DNA from: a virus
Length of the DNA: 64,000 nucleotides
Direction: 5' to 3' (one strand)
IMG/VR virus record: IMGVR_UViG_3300027788_001769
Span: 32,001-96,000 of that record
The notes beneath the pieces were generated by a model. The model did not search any database. It was not told where the DNA came from and worked only from the letters and a program-made list of their open reading frames with translations. Below are positions 38,636 to 50,187 of this stretch, one piece after another (position 1 is the first letter of the stretch; every line of letters starts with the position of its first letter). A program made the translations under genes and the position numbers.

Positions 38636-40133
38636 TACAAGAAGAATAAACTCTTCTTATGTACAACACATTAAAAAAACTTGTGGGGTTAAGAACCTGG
38701 AGATACTCCCTTTTGAGAATCCAGACGGTACTTCACTTACAGAGATATATAATAAAGCTTTATCCCAAGCAAAAAATGACGTAGTGGTTTTATGTCATGA
38801 CGACATATCTTTTAATGCCAAGGGTTGGGGTAGAAAATTACTAGATAGGTACAATGAATCAGATTATGGTATTTTAGGTGTGGCAGGGACCACCCACATG
38901 GCTTCTACTGGTAGGTGGTGGCAAGACACCACAAAAATGGTGGGTAGGGTTAGTCATACTCACGAAGGTAAAACTTGGGTAAATTCTTATAGTTCCACCT
39001 TCCCTAAACAAATACTAAAAGTATGTTGTCTAGACGGTGTGTTCTTTTCTTGCCATAAAAAACGAATAGTAAATAACTTCGATGAGGGAGTAGAAGGGTT
39101 TCACTTTTACGATGTAGACTTTTGTTTTTCTAATTTCATTTCTGGTGTTAAGTTGGGTGTGGTTTTTGACGTAAAAATAACACATAAATCTATAGGTCAG
39201 ACTAATGATGAGTGGGAAGAAAATAGGAAGAATTTTGTTAAGAAGTTTTCTGTCAACCCAAAAACTAAGGAACCATTATTACCGACTTACGTTAAACCTG
39301 AAATAAAATTTACTGAAGTTAAAAAATCACTTAAAGACACACCTAAAGTAGAGTTAATTATACCTAACAAAAATAATTTTAAATTACTTAAAGGTTGTAT
39401 AGATTCGATAATTAATATTTCAACCTACGAAAACTATAAAATTACAGTTGCAGACACCGGTAGTGATGAAGACAATTTAAAACAAATAAGAGAATACTGC
39501 AATGAAAATAAAGTAAAACTTATAGAGTTTGAATTTTATCACTTTGCCGGGACAAATAATGATGTGGTTAAAAATCATTGTGATAAAGATACCGAATTAT
39601 TACTTTTTTGTAATAACGACATAGAACTAATAAATGACGCCATAACTGAAATGGTTAATCTTTATGTTAAAAATAAAAAAACTTGTGGTACTGTGGGTGC
39701 TAGACTTCACTTTGAAGACAACACAATCCAACATGGAGGAATTATGTTAATGGGACAACCACAAAAAGATGGTCAAATGCAGATTGGTTTGTCACATCAA
39801 GGACTTAGGTCTTCCTACAACTACCCAATTAGTAATTTAATAGATACTTTAGGAAATACCGGAGCTTTTTTATTAATAAAAAGGTCTCTTTTTGAAGAGA
39901 TTGGGATGTTTAACGAACAATACTCGGACTGCTTAGAGGACGTTGAACTTAACATGGAATGTATAGTAAGGGGTAGAAAAAATATGTTTGCCGGTAACGC
40001 GGTAGCTTATCATTTTGAGAGTAGGACTAGAAAAAGTGAAGGGGCAATTAAACCTGAAGATTTTAATCACCTTATGAAGTTTGTGAACGAAAACAATAAA
40101 AAATTAATAAAGTACATAAAATTAAGACAATAA
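38613..40133 (+). CDS. Two-domain GT-A glycosyltransferase
   Basis: N-domain LCHDD, LDGVF, FHFYDVD; C-domain GT2 with DTGS, CNND, TGAFLLI, EDVEL. Confidence 0.85.
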   Translation: MSLTVAFSTRRINSSYVQHIKKTCGVKNLEILPFENPDGTSLTEIYNKALSQAKNDVVVLCHDDISFNAKGWGRKLLDRYNESDYGILGVAGTTHMASTGRWWQDTTKMVGRVSHTHEGKTWVNSYSSTFPKQILKVCCLDGVFFSCHKKRIVNNFDEGVEGFHFYDVDFCFSNFISGVKLGVVFDVKITHKSIGQTNDEWEENRKNFVKKFSVNPKTKEPLLPTYVKPEIKFTEVKKSLKDTPKVELIIPNKNNFKLLKGCIDSIINISTYENYKITVADTGSDEDNLKQIREYCNENKVKLIEFEFYHFAGTNNDVVKNHCDKDTELLLFCNNDIELINDAITEMVNLYVKNKKTCGTVGARLHFEDNTIQHGGIMLMGQPQKDGQMQIGLSHQGLRSSYNYPISNLIDTLGNTGAFLLIKRSLFEEIGMFNEQYSDCLEDVELNMECIVRGRKNMFAGNAVAYHFESRTRKSEGAIKPEDFNHLMKFVNENNKKLIKYIKLRQ

Positions 40134-40904
40134 ATGAAATTAGGAATATCTTACAACGTATTTGATGGTGAAGAACTGTTAGAACAATCCATACTCTGTA
40201 TCAGGGACCAAGTTGACTTCATATCAGTGGTTTACCAAGAAGACTCTAACTTTGGCAATCCATGTGACCCAAACCTAATACCACTTTTAAACTCATTAAA
40301 AGAAAGGGGTTTGGTTGACGAATTATTCGCTTATAGACCAAAGGTAACTCAAGGAGGACATTTCAATGAGTCCATGAAACGTAACCTTGGTTTGTTTTTA
40401 TCTGAAGGAGCGAAATGTACTCACCACATGTCTATGGATACTGACGAGTATTACGATAAAGAACAATTTAAGTTTATGTGTAAAACTATTGAGGAAGGCA
40501 ATTATGATTCCGCCGCCTGTCAACTAATCACATACTATAAAAACACGGAGTATCGATTAGACCCTATGGAGGACTATTACGTTTCACTAATATATAAAAT
40601 AGCCCCAGGAAAAACTTTTGTCGGGTGTCCGTTTCCAGTACTAGTAGACCCAACCAGAAGAATGGTTGCTGGAAACTGTAAAATATTTACTCGAGAAGAA
40701 ATTGAAATGCATCACTTAAGTTATGTTAGAAATAACATTAGAACTAAACTAACTAACTCATCCGCAAGTCCTAATTTTAAAAACATTGACAAATTGGTAA
40801 ATTATTTTAATAATTGGGAGTACGGTAAACAAGCTTTAATGGGTGGTGCTCCTGATAAGTTTTACGACATAAAAAAAATAGAGGACAAATTTAACATAAA
40901 ATAA
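40134..40904 (+). CDS. GT-A-like glycosyltransferase
   Basis: FDGEELL, KRNLGL, MDTDEYY, MHHLSYVR. Confidence 0.6.
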   Translation: MKLGISYNVFDGEELLEQSILCIRDQVDFISVVYQEDSNFGNPCDPNLIPLLNSLKERGLVDELFAYRPKVTQGGHFNESMKRNLGLFLSEGAKCTHHMSMDTDEYYDKEQFKFMCKTIEEGNYDSAACQLITYYKNTEYRLDPMEDYYVSLIYKIAPGKTFVGCPFPVLVDPTRRMVAGNCKIFTREEIEMHHLSYVRNNIRTKLTNSSASPNFKNIDKLVNYFNNWEYGKQALMGGAPDKFYDIKKIEDKFNIK

Positions 40905-40905
40905 A

Positions 40906-41982
40906 ATGAAAACAGTAGTAACAGTAACAGGTATTAGGCCAGACTTTATTAGAATGTCTGAAATTTTTAAAAAATTAGATAAAGAATTTAATCACATTTT
41001 AATACATACTGGGCAACATTACGATGATTTATTGTCTGGTATATTTTTTGATGAGTTAGAGATAAGGAAACCGGACTATAACTTAACCATAGGTGGTCCA
41101 GGTAAGGAACACTTCCACCAGACAGCTGACCTTTCTGTTAGTCTTATAGAATTATTTAGAGAAAAGAAAATCAACCCATCTATTATATTATTTTTAGGTG
41201 ATTCTAACTCAGTGGTTTCTGCAGTTGCCCTTAAAAAAGAGGGATATAAGATTGGACATATAGAGGCTGGAATGCGTTCAGGAGATAAGAGAATGTTAGA
41301 AGAGGTAAATAGAATGGTCTGTGATACTTGTAGTGATTTATTATTTGTTTACCACGAAAACTACAGAAAAAAATTAGAGAAAGAAAATATTATAGATGGA
41401 GTACACGTTGTTGGGAACACTATTGTAGAAGTAGCAAACAAACTTATTAAAAATAATAAGAATTTTACAATAAGACCCACTAATAACCACATCATCCTAG
41501 ATGTTCACCGACCAGAAAACTTCAACTACCCTCATAGACTAAAGAACGTAATTGAGTTTACTAAATGGATAAGTTCTGTTTATAGATTACCAGTTATTAT
41601 GTTAGAATTTGGTAGGGCCAAAAATAAAATAGAGGAGTTTGGTATAGATTTGGGTGACATAGAGGTAGTTCCTTTAATGTCCTATAAAGATTATATGAGT
41701 TCAGTTTATAATTCTAAATTCATTATTTCTGATTCTGGAACCGCACAAGAGGAACCTGCTATTTTAGGCACTCCTGTATTGGTTCCTAGAGGTTATACTG
41801 AAAGACCAGAATCAGTAGAATATAATTGTTCTATGATGATTGATGTGGAAGAGTCTTGGGGTGAGGATTGGTATGACAGTCTGAAATGGTTACAACACGA
41901 AACTAAACACATTGATGATGCTTGGCTTGGGGACGGGACAACGTCGACTAAAATAATAGAGACACTTAAGAATTCACTTTAA
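40906..41982 (+). CDS. wecB: UDP-N-acetylglucosamine 2-epimerase
   Basis: GIRPDFIR, HTGQHYD, GDSNS, HIEAGMRS, HRPEN, SDSGTAQEE, TERPE. Confidence 0.9.
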   Translation: MKTVVTVTGIRPDFIRMSEIFKKLDKEFNHILIHTGQHYDDLLSGIFFDELEIRKPDYNLTIGGPGKEHFHQTADLSVSLIELFREKKINPSIILFLGDSNSVVSAVALKKEGYKIGHIEAGMRSGDKRMLEEVNRMVCDTCSDLLFVYHENYRKKLEKENIIDGVHVVGNTIVEVANKLIKNNKNFTIRPTNNHIILDVHRPENFNYPHRLKNVIEFTKWISSVYRLPVIMLEFGRAKNKIEEFGIDLGDIEVVPLMSYKDYMSSVYNSKFIISDSGTAQEEPAILGTPVLVPRGYTERPESVEYNCSMMIDVEESWGEDWYDSLKWLQHETKHIDDAWLGDGTTSTKIIETLKNSL

Positions 41983-42794
41983 TGAAAAAATTATCCATAG
42001 TAACAGCATACTACAATAGAAAGGAATTGTTTATTAGGACTTTAAAAACAATTAACAATTCTAAGTACGCTAAGGATATTGAAGTTATAGTTGTAGATGA
42101 CGGTTCTAGGGAGGAGGAACGATTAGAGGACTTATTAGGTACCTTTAATTTTGATTTTAAAGTTATTCGACTTAACCCTGAGAATAAATGGTACTATAAC
42201 CCTTCAGTTCCTTTTAATGTAGGGATTAAAGCAGCTACTGGTAAATTAACCATGTTACAAAATCCAGAATGTTTACATGTTGGGGATTTAGTCAGTACTG
42301 CTATAGAAAATATTAAAGATAGTGACTATTTTTCTTTTGGGTGTTATTCGTTAACTGAAGACATAACAGAAAGATTTGGTACGATAAATTTTAACTCTGA
42401 TAAATGGTTAGAAAAAATTAATTTGTGTTTAACTCCAATTAAACAGGGACCAGTAGAATGTGATGGGTGTGATGGGTGGTACAACCATAGTAGGTTTAGA
42501 CCTGTAGCTTACCACTTTTGTTCGGTGATACCAACAAAACACATACAAGAAATGGGTGGATTTGATGAAAGATACGCTAAAGGTATAGCGTTTGATGATA
42601 ATGAAATATTACTAAGGATTAGAAGAAAGGGTTTAACTGTTAATGTGGTAGATTCTCCTTTCGTAGTTCACCAACATCACTATAGTGAGTTTAATTGGGC
42701 TGGTGTTAACAATACCCAAGAATTACTAGACAAAAATAAAAAACTTTTTAACGAGGTAACTTTAAAAGAGACTGGTTGGAAAATAGTTAACTAA
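41982..42794 (+). CDS. GT2 glycosyltransferase
   Basis: SIVTAYYNR, VVDDGS, GGFDERY. Confidence 0.85.
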   Translation: MKKLSIVTAYYNRKELFIRTLKTINNSKYAKDIEVIVVDDGSREEERLEDLLGTFNFDFKVIRLNPENKWYYNPSVPFNVGIKAATGKLTMLQNPECLHVGDLVSTAIENIKDSDYFSFGCYSLTEDITERFGTINFNSDKWLEKINLCLTPIKQGPVECDGCDGWYNHSRFRPVAYHFCSVIPTKHIQEMGGFDERYAKGIAFDDNEILLRIRRKGLTVNVVDSPFVVHQHHYSEFNWAGVNNTQELLDKNKKLFNEVTLKETGWKIVN

Positions 42795-42841
42795 GCATTT
42801 AAAAAGTGTTTTATTGTAACTATAATTAACAAAAACAAAAT

Positions 42842-43633
42842 ATGAAAATAATAGCTTTTACACAATTAAGAAATGAATTAACAAAAGGTAATTTAGAAAA
42901 CTGGTTTAAATGTACCGAACCTTGTGATTATAGATATATATTTGACCAAGACTCCACTGATGGGAGTAAAGAATATTATAAAAAATTCGACAATACAGTG
43001 GTTATAGAATCACCAACGAATAGATTTAAAGAAGAACTAATCTGCAAACAAGAATTAATGGATAAACTTTTAATCGAACACCCTGACGTGGATTGGGTTT
43101 TATGGTTAGATGGTGACCTACTTTTAGATGGTAGATTATTAGATAATAACGGACAAAACTTACGTGGGTTATGTGATGCTGGAATGCAACAAGGAATTGA
43201 GGCTTTTTTCTTTGGTCATTATAATTTATGGAGAAGTGATATCCACTATAGGTTAGACGAAGGTTACCATGGGTTACATGGCCAATGGTGTCCGTTATGG
43301 AGAAACACTGGTAGATTAAAGTTTGATTGTACCCCTGGATTACACAAACCACAATATCCGTTAACATTTAGAAAAGTTGCGAATTCAGGGTTTAATGTAG
43401 TACATAGAGGTTTTGCGACTGATTCACAAATTATAACAAAATACGACACCTATAAAGGTTTTGGTCAAAAAGGTTGGGACTTAGATAGGTTGTTAGATGA
43501 AAAAACTTTAGATGTTACTCCACTAGAGGACGGTATATTGCCTTCTTGGTTTAATAAAACAGACATTGTGGACCCTAGAGAAAAGAAAAAAATAATAAAA
43601 CTTTATGAAGAAAAACAAAAAACAAATGACTAA
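42842..43633 (+). CDS. GT2-like glycosyltransferase
   Basis: [13 protein letters not shown]. Confidence 0.7.
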   Translation: MKIIAFTQLRNELTKGNLENWFKCTEPCDYRYIFDQDSTDGSKEYYKKFDNTVVIESPTNRFKEELICKQELMDKLLIEHPDVDWVLWLDGDLLLDGRLLDNNGQNLRGLCDAGMQQGIEAFFFGHYNLWRSDIHYRLDEGYHGLHGQWCPLWRNTGRLKFDCTPGLHKPQYPLTFRKVANSGFNVVHRGFATDSQIITKYDTYKGFGQKGWDLDRLLDEKTLDVTPLEDGILPSWFNKTDIVDPREKKKIIKLYEEKQKTND

Positions 43634-44591
43634 AAAAAGAGCTTTAATAACGGGAATTAGTGGGATGGATGGTAGTCATTTAGCTGATTTTTTACTGGAA
43701 AAAGGATATGAAGTATTTGGGGTTGAGAGAAGAGCTTCAACTAAAAATGTTAGAAACACGTCACACATACTAGATAAAGTTAATTTTTTAATGGGTGACT
43801 TATCGGACCAAAATTCACTTTTGAGATGTCTGAATGAATCCCAACCTGACGAAGTATATAATTTAGCGGCTCAATCATTTGTAGGTGAGAGTTGGAATAC
43901 TCCGGAACAAACAAGTGAGGTCACTGGTCTAGGTGTGTTAAGGATGTTAGAGGCGATAAGAATGTACGATAAACCAGTTAAATTTTATCAAGCTAGTAGT
44001 TCAGAAATGTTTGGTAGGATGTCTGAAAATCCAGCTACAGAAAATACCCCTTTCTACCCTAGAAGTCCTTATGGTGTTGCAAAATTATATGGTCATTGGA
44101 TAACTAAAAACTATAGAGAATCATACGATATGTTTAATTGTAGTGGAATTCTTTTTAACCACGAAAGTGAAAGAAGAGGGCATGAATTTGTAACTAGAAA
44201 AATAACTGATGGTGTTGCAAAAATTAAACTGGGATTAGCAGATAAAATAACCTTAGGTAATTTAGACTCATTAAGGGACTGGGGTTACGCTCCTGATTAT
44301 GTTGAGGCTATGTGGTTAATGATGCAACAAGAAACTCCAGATGATTATGTTATTGCAACTGGTGAATCTTATTCTATTAGAGAATTTTTAGATGTGGCTT
44401 TTAAACATATTGGAATTAATGATTGGAGTAAGTATGTAGACCAAGACCCTAGATTTATGAGACCAGCAGAAGTAGATTATTTAAAAGGTGACTCTACTAA
44501 AGCCGAGAATGAATTAGGTTGGAGAAGAAAAACTAGTTTTAAAGAATTAGTTATTAAAATGGTGGATAATGATTTAAATCTTTTAAAATGA
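43626..44591 (+). CDS. gmd: GDP-mannose 4,6-dehydratase
   Basis: [53 protein letters not shown]. Confidence 0.95.
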   Translation: MTKKRALITGISGMDGSHLADFLLEKGYEVFGVERRASTKNVRNTSHILDKVNFLMGDLSDQNSLLRCLNESQPDEVYNLAAQSFVGESWNTPEQTSEVTGLGVLRMLEAIRMYDKPVKFYQASSSEMFGRMSENPATENTPFYPRSPYGVAKLYGHWITKNYRESYDMFNCSGILFNHESERRGHEFVTRKITDGVAKIKLGLADKITLGNLDSLRDWGYAPDYVEAMWLMMQQETPDDYVIATGESYSIREFLDVAFKHIGINDWSKYVDQDPRFMRPAEVDYLKGDSTKAENELGWRRKTSFKELVIKMVDNDLNLLK

Positions 44592-45475
44592 AAATAAACA
44601 TTGTAACCGTAACTAGTGGTTGGATTCTACAAAAAATATCTGAAAGGACAGCTAAAGCTTGTAATGAAAGTATAGATGGGTATACCATGACTGTATCTCA
44701 TGAGGCTGACCCAGATGCTGATGTAAATTATTATGCGGACTTACAAAATTGTTATCACGGACAAAAAACAAAAATGGATATAGCGTATTTTACTCACGCT
44801 GATATGCACAGTAAGGATTGGTTACATAACCTTCTTACGACTACAAATTCCTACAAAAATTTAGATGGTATTGTTAGTATGAATAAAAGATATACAGACA
44901 TGTTAACTTCTATGGGTTGGAGTGAGGACCACATAGACACCATTACTCCTGGTGAGACAAAAGATATGTTTCCTTTAAAGAAAATAAAAATAGGTGTTGT
45001 GTCTAGAGGTGGTTACCCTGGATACGGACAACAATTTATGGAAAAGATGTTAGAAACCTACAACTTTGACAACTTTAAATTAAGGTTTTTAGGTAATGGG
45101 TGGGATAATTTAAAACCTATAGCTACAAAAAATAATATTGATTTGAAGTTAACTGGGGATGCTGACTACAGTGTGTACCCAAATTTTTATCAAGAAATAG
45201 ATTACTTGTTAATACCTGGATTATGGACTGCTGGACCAATATCCTTTCAAGAATCTTTAAGTACTGGTACTCCAGTGATTTCAGCTGACGTTGGGTTTGC
45301 CGGGTATGAGTTAGAGCCAGACCATATCTTCCCAGCAAACGACGTTAATGCTTTATCTAAAATTTTAGATAAAGTACAAGAACCTCTATTAAAAAGAAGA
45401 GGACAAGTAGAGAACATGACTTGGTTGAACTACGCAACTGATTTAATAAAATTTATAAATAAAATAAAAAAATGA
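44588..45475 (+). CDS. GT-B glycosyltransferase
   Basis: C-terminal [21 protein letters not shown]. Confidence 0.75.
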   Translation: MKINIVTVTSGWILQKISERTAKACNESIDGYTMTVSHEADPDADVNYYADLQNCYHGQKTKMDIAYFTHADMHSKDWLHNLLTTTNSYKNLDGIVSMNKRYTDMLTSMGWSEDHIDTITPGETKDMFPLKKIKIGVVSRGGYPGYGQQFMEKMLETYNFDNFKLRFLGNGWDNLKPIATKNNIDLKLTGDADYSVYPNFYQEIDYLLIPGLWTAGPISFQESLSTGTPVISADVGFAGYELEPDHIFPANDVNALSKILDKVQEPLLKRRGQVENMTWLNYATDLIKFINKIKK

Positions 45476-46623
45476 TTTATCTAACTAACGATACAATAGA
45501 CAATAAAGATATTGATTCTTTAATTGAGTGGTTAAAGACTTACCCACGATTAACAAAAGGACCTTTAACAAAAGAGTTCGAAGAAAAATGGTCTAAATGG
45601 TTAGGAACCAAATATTCAGTATATTGTAATTCTGGTTCCTCAGCTAATTTACTAATGTTATACGCACTAATACGCTCTAACACTTTAAAAAATAAAAAAG
45701 TGGTTATTCCTGGGTTATGTTGGGCTACTGACTTAGCACCTGCATTACAGCTTGAGTTTGAACCATTACTTTGTGATGTTTCATTAGATAATTTAGCTGT
45801 TGATGTTGATGAATTGGAAAAAATATTTAAGAAGGAGTCACCATCTGTGTTCCTATGTGTGTCAATACTAGGGTTTTCACCTGATTTAAAGACAATTAAA
45901 GAGCTTTGTGAAAAATATGATGTGATACTACTAGAAGATAATTGTGAGTCTTTAGGTACTGAGTTTGATGGGGTTAAGATTGGGAACTTCGGTTTGATGT
46001 CCTCTTATTCTATGTATTTTGGTCACCACATATCAACGATAGAAGGTGGTATGGTATGTACTGACGATAAAGAAATATATGACATACTTTTAAGTATTAG
46101 AAGTCATGGTTGGGATAGAGATTGGGATAAACAAAAACAGGAGGAGGTTAGAGAACAACATAACGTTACGGACTTTAACTCATTATATACATTTTACCAC
46201 CCAGGATTTAATCTAAGAGCTACTGACCTACAGGCGTACCTAGGTTTAGGTCAATTAGATAAATTAGATTACATTTGTAAAAAAAGAGAGGAAAACTTCC
46301 AAAAATTCCAGGAAGGAATAAAGAATGATTTTTGGAAACCTAACCCTCTGGATAACACATTTACTTCTAGTTTTTGTTACCCTGTAATACATCCTAAACG
46401 AAATGAGATTATCGAAGCTTTGATTGAAAACGAAATTGAGGTTCGTCCTTTAGTTTGTGGAACAATGGGTAAACAACCGTTTTATACTGAAAATTTTGGT
46501 ATTACGGAACTAGCCAATTGTGACGTTATTGACAGACATGGGTTATACGTTCCAAACAACCCTAGTTTAACGGATGATGAAATACAATTAATAATAGACA
46601 CAATTAATAAAGTTATAAAATAA
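45472..46623 (+). CDS. colD: PLP-dependent GDP-4-keto-6-deoxymannose 3-dehydratase (ColD-like; DegT family)
   Basis: NSGSSANL, EDNCESLG, SMYFGHHISTIEGG (His at the catalytic Lys position), RSHGWDR; lacks the Cys cluster of RfbH/E1. Confidence 0.75.
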   Translation: MIYLTNDTIDNKDIDSLIEWLKTYPRLTKGPLTKEFEEKWSKWLGTKYSVYCNSGSSANLLMLYALIRSNTLKNKKVVIPGLCWATDLAPALQLEFEPLLCDVSLDNLAVDVDELEKIFKKESPSVFLCVSILGFSPDLKTIKELCEKYDVILLEDNCESLGTEFDGVKIGNFGLMSSYSMYFGHHISTIEGGMVCTDDKEIYDILLSIRSHGWDRDWDKQKQEEVREQHNVTDFNSLYTFYHPGFNLRATDLQAYLGLGQLDKLDYICKKREENFQKFQEGIKNDFWKPNPLDNTFTSSFCYPVIHPKRNEIIEALIENEIEVRPLVCGTMGKQPFYTENFGITELANCDVIDRHGLYVPNNPSLTDDEIQLIIDTINKVIK

Positions 46624-47438
46624 TGAAATTCACTTACTATACAATTATAGGTAAAGACCTAGGACTACTACAAGGCCACATAAATAATATAAAAACTTAC
46701 GCTGGTTTTGATAAATTAGAGTGTGAAAAAGAACTAATCGTTATAATATATAGGAACAGTAAAATCCCTGAAAAAATAACACAATCCTTATTAAACTATT
46801 GTAAAGACCAAAATATTCGTACTGAGATATATGACGAACCTACTGACGTTTTTATTGAGAATCTTTATGCTTGTTGGAATTTAGGGTATCAAATTTCTGA
46901 CGAGGGATATGTTTTTAGAGGTGGTTCAGACCAAGTGTTTTCTAGAGATAGTTTTGTGTCCCTTTATAATGAGGCGGAAAATCTAAGAAAAGAAAATAAA
47001 AGTAAATTTATATTACAAGCCAATACAATCGAGAACGCTACTAGACTCAGACAAATAGGTGCTATTAGTAGACACTTTGCTTTAGATTTAGGTGCTACTT
47101 TTCATGAATTTAATTACGGTGGATTTGAGGATTTTTGTAATAGAATGAATACAGGTATTGCGGAAAACATATTAACAATAGAGGATTGTCTTAAGTACTG
47201 GGGAAAACCAACAAAATTAAACACGTCACTAGGTAACATTGACAGGACTGATGGTTGTTCTTGGTTAATGACCAAACAGGATTGGGTTGACCATGGCCCT
47301 TTACCACATATAGAAAATTGGATAACTGGTGATGTTGTAATACACGATAGAATGCAAACAGCTGGTTATGAAAATTATTTAGTTAAGGATTGCATAACTT
47401 ACCACTTTGTAAGGGGAGAAAGTATAGACGTACAGTAA
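46623..47438 (+). CDS. Putative divergent GT-A glycosyltransferase
   Basis: WNLG..GSD..GDVV..YHF; cluster context. Confidence 0.45.
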   Translation: MKFTYYTIIGKDLGLLQGHINNIKTYAGFDKLECEKELIVIIYRNSKIPEKITQSLLNYCKDQNIRTEIYDEPTDVFIENLYACWNLGYQISDEGYVFRGGSDQVFSRDSFVSLYNEAENLRKENKSKFILQANTIENATRLRQIGAISRHFALDLGATFHEFNYGGFEDFCNRMNTGIAENILTIEDCLKYWGKPTKLNTSLGNIDRTDGCSWLMTKQDWVDHGPLPHIENWITGDVVIHDRMQTAGYENYLVKDCITYHFVRGESIDVQ

Positions 47439-48178
47439 TGGATTTTACAATAACTTTCCCATGTAGAAATAGAGTTAAAATGGCAAATAAGGCCATACAA
47501 ACTTTTTTAGAAAGTTGTGATTACACAATATTAATTATAGACGACAATAGTGATTCACCTGACGATGAATACATTAAATCCGATAGAGTTAAAGTGATTT
47601 ACAATAAGTACAAAAGTGGTTTAGTTAGTATGTGGAATCAGGCATTAAGAGAAATAGATACGGAATATGTCATTATTGGTTGTGATAAAATTAGAGTCAC
47701 AAATAACGACATATTAAGGATTGAAAATAAGTTGAAAGAGGGTTATTCTTGTGTTGCTACTTACTTACTAGGTATTTTTGGTTTTAGTAAGGAACTAACT
47801 ACTAGGGTTGGGTTTTTTGATGAGGGGTATGAAGTTAACGGGTTTGAGGACACTGATTGGATGAACAAACTTTTTATTAATAATTTATCCTTATATGTGA
47901 GTACGGAAACAGAATACCTAAATACTGGAACGAGTTGGGGTCCGGCGAACATGAAAAACTCCCAATATTACAGGAGTAAGTGGAACGAAGATTTTGGTAA
48001 CAACCAAATAATACAATTAAAAAAAGATATTAACTATAATGACATTAATATCTTTAAAGGACAATATGAAAATAAAAATTATTTAGATTGGTCTAGTAGT
48101 GAATTAAAAGCAGAAAACATAAACAATTATTACAATAATAAAAAAGGAGTAAAAAATATTTTAAATGGAAATTTATAA
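47438..48178 (+). CDS. GT2 glycosyltransferase
   Basis: IIDDNSD, WNQAL, GFFDEGY..GFEDTD. Confidence 0.75.
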   Translation: MDFTITFPCRNRVKMANKAIQTFLESCDYTILIIDDNSDSPDDEYIKSDRVKVIYNKYKSGLVSMWNQALREIDTEYVIIGCDKIRVTNNDILRIENKLKEGYSCVATYLLGIFGFSKELTTRVGFFDEGYEVNGFEDTDWMNKLFINNLSLYVSTETEYLNTGTSWGPANMKNSQYYRSKWNEDFGNNQIIQLKKDINYNDINIFKGQYENKNYLDWSSSELKAENINNYYNNKKGVKNILNGNL

Positions 48179-49412
48179 AGTTAGAAAAAAATGTGCTGTG
48201 TGTGATAACACAGAGTTAAAATCAATTATGGAATACGGTTTAGTTCCATTAGCTGGAGATTTTCCAGCAAAATCAGAAATAGACAACGATAGGAAATTTA
48301 ATCTTAATGTTCAATTTTGTGAAAAGTGTACACTATTACAAACAGATAGTATTATTGATGCAGATGCATTATTTAAAGATTACCGTTATATGTCTTCTAT
48401 TGGGTTAAGTGGTCACTTTACAAGTGTAGCTAAATTGATTAAAGAACGGTTTAACCCAAGTAAAGTATTGGAGATAGGGTCTAACGATGGTGTCTTACTA
48501 AAACCTCTAAAAGATTTAGGAATAGATTGTTTAGGTATGGAACCAGCTGTTAACATCTCCCAAGTCGCTAAAGATAAAGGGTGTAACGTTATTAACGATT
48601 ATTTTAATGAAAAAGCTGTAGACAAGTACGATTTAGAGTCTAAGTTTGATGTCGCTGTTTCTAATAATTGTTTTGCTCATATAGATGACATAAAATCAAT
48701 TGTTAAAGGAGTTAAGAAAGCTTTAAAACCAGGTGGTAAATTTATTGTGGAGGTACACTACGTTAAAAACTTAATAGAACAACTTCAGTACGATAACATT
48801 TACCATGAACACTTATACTACTACTCTTTAACTGCATTAAATAATTTATTTAATCAGTTTGATATGACTATAATTGATTTTGATGAAATACCTATCCATT
48901 CAGGTAGTATTAGGGTTGTGGTTGAGAATAGTTTTACAGCTCACCCAGTAAAAGTGATTAAGAGATTGGATGACGAAAAAGAATGGGGTATAACATCTAT
49001 AGATTGGTTAAATAATTTTGGTGACGATGTTAGAAAACATATTTCAGTTATAAAAGAAACTTTATCACAATTAAAAAGTGAAGGACATAAAATATGTGGT
49101 TATGGTGCGTCTGGTAGAGCAAACATGATTTGTAATTTAGCTGACATAACACCAGATATTGTAGATTACATTGTGGATGAATCCCCAGAAAGAGCAGGAA
49201 GGTTAATTGCTGGTACACACGTACCCATCGTAAATAAAGAACATTTAGACAACGATAAAGTAAAACCTGACTACATTATGATTTTTGCCTGGAATTTTTC
49301 TAAGATGATAATAGATAAACTGGAGGGTAATGGTTACAAGTACATTATCGCTTTCCCAACTATGAAAGTAGTAGAAGGATATGAGGAATTAGAAGATTTT
49401 ATTAGTATATAA
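48165..49412 (+). CDS. NDP-hexose C-methyltransferase (TylC3/NovU-like)
   Basis: Zn site CAVC..CEKC, EIGSNDG, YDNIYHEHLYY, HSGSIR, GYGASGRAN, IFAWNF. Confidence 0.85.
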   Translation: MEIYKVRKKCAVCDNTELKSIMEYGLVPLAGDFPAKSEIDNDRKFNLNVQFCEKCTLLQTDSIIDADALFKDYRYMSSIGLSGHFTSVAKLIKERFNPSKVLEIGSNDGVLLKPLKDLGIDCLGMEPAVNISQVAKDKGCNVINDYFNEKAVDKYDLESKFDVAVSNNCFAHIDDIKSIVKGVKKALKPGGKFIVEVHYVKNLIEQLQYDNIYHEHLYYYSLTALNNLFNQFDMTIIDFDEIPIHSGSIRVVVENSFTAHPVKVIKRLDDEKEWGITSIDWLNNFGDDVRKHISVIKETLSQLKSEGHKICGYGASGRANMICNLADITPDIVDYIVDESPERAGRLIAGTHVPIVNKEHLDNDKVKPDYIMIFAWNFSKMIIDKLEGNGYKYIIAFPTMKVVEGYEELEDFISI

Positions 49413-50185
49413 TGGATGTTACAGCGTACATAATGGGTATCTCACCACCACAAAGATTATTGTGGTTAAAAAATACAATAGATTACTTGGATTCCCAAGA
49501 ATTCCCATTTAAGAAAAAAATAGTGTCTATAGACGAAATTAATAATCATAAAGTACAAGAAGATTTAATTAAGTACTTTGAGGATAAGGGATGGGATGTG
49601 CTAATTGATTCACATAAAAGTAGAATATTAAGTATGGACCGAGCATTCAAACTTATAGACACCGAACTAATGTTTTATAACGAAGACGATGTAATGGCAA
49701 AAATGCCTAAATATAAAGATGTAAAAAATGTATTTGAAAACAGAATAAACGGAAGAGAGTGTGGGATGTTATCTATGACATTAGGTGGTACACAATATGA
49801 TGCAGCGTCTGGTAATATAGGAGATTTAAAATATATGGAAGAAAACACAATTCTTGTAAATGAAGAATATAGAATTTTTCGTAGGATGGAAGAATTTAAA
49901 AATCCTTGGTTCTTTGAGTTCCCTGGTCTATTCGTAAAAACAGACTTGTTTAAAGATTGTCATAATAAGACTAAGGGAAGAAATATGCAAATTGAGCAAG
50001 GATTAACGATGTCCTATTTAATGAGTCAATATGATAAAAAATATTTTAAAGCTTCTGTCGCAAAGAAAAATGCTTTACATACACTGTTAAAGGATGGTGC
50101 CAAAGTAAATAGCCATTGTAGATTATTAACTAACTTAGACCCGGACCAAGGAAATAGTCCTTTAGGTGGAAATCATTATTATTAG
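49412..50185 (+). CDS. Putative GT-A glycosyltransferase
   Basis: SIDE, FYNEDD; cluster context. Confidence 0.5.
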   Translation: MDVTAYIMGISPPQRLLWLKNTIDYLDSQEFPFKKKIVSIDEINNHKVQEDLIKYFEDKGWDVLIDSHKSRILSMDRAFKLIDTELMFYNEDDVMAKMPKYKDVKNVFENRINGRECGMLSMTLGGTQYDAASGNIGDLKYMEENTILVNEEYRIFRRMEEFKNPWFFEFPGLFVKTDLFKDCHNKTKGRNMQIEQGLTMSYLMSQYDKKYFKASVAKKNALHTLLKDGAKVNSHCRLLTNLDPDQGNSPLGGNHYY

Positions 50186-50187
50186 AT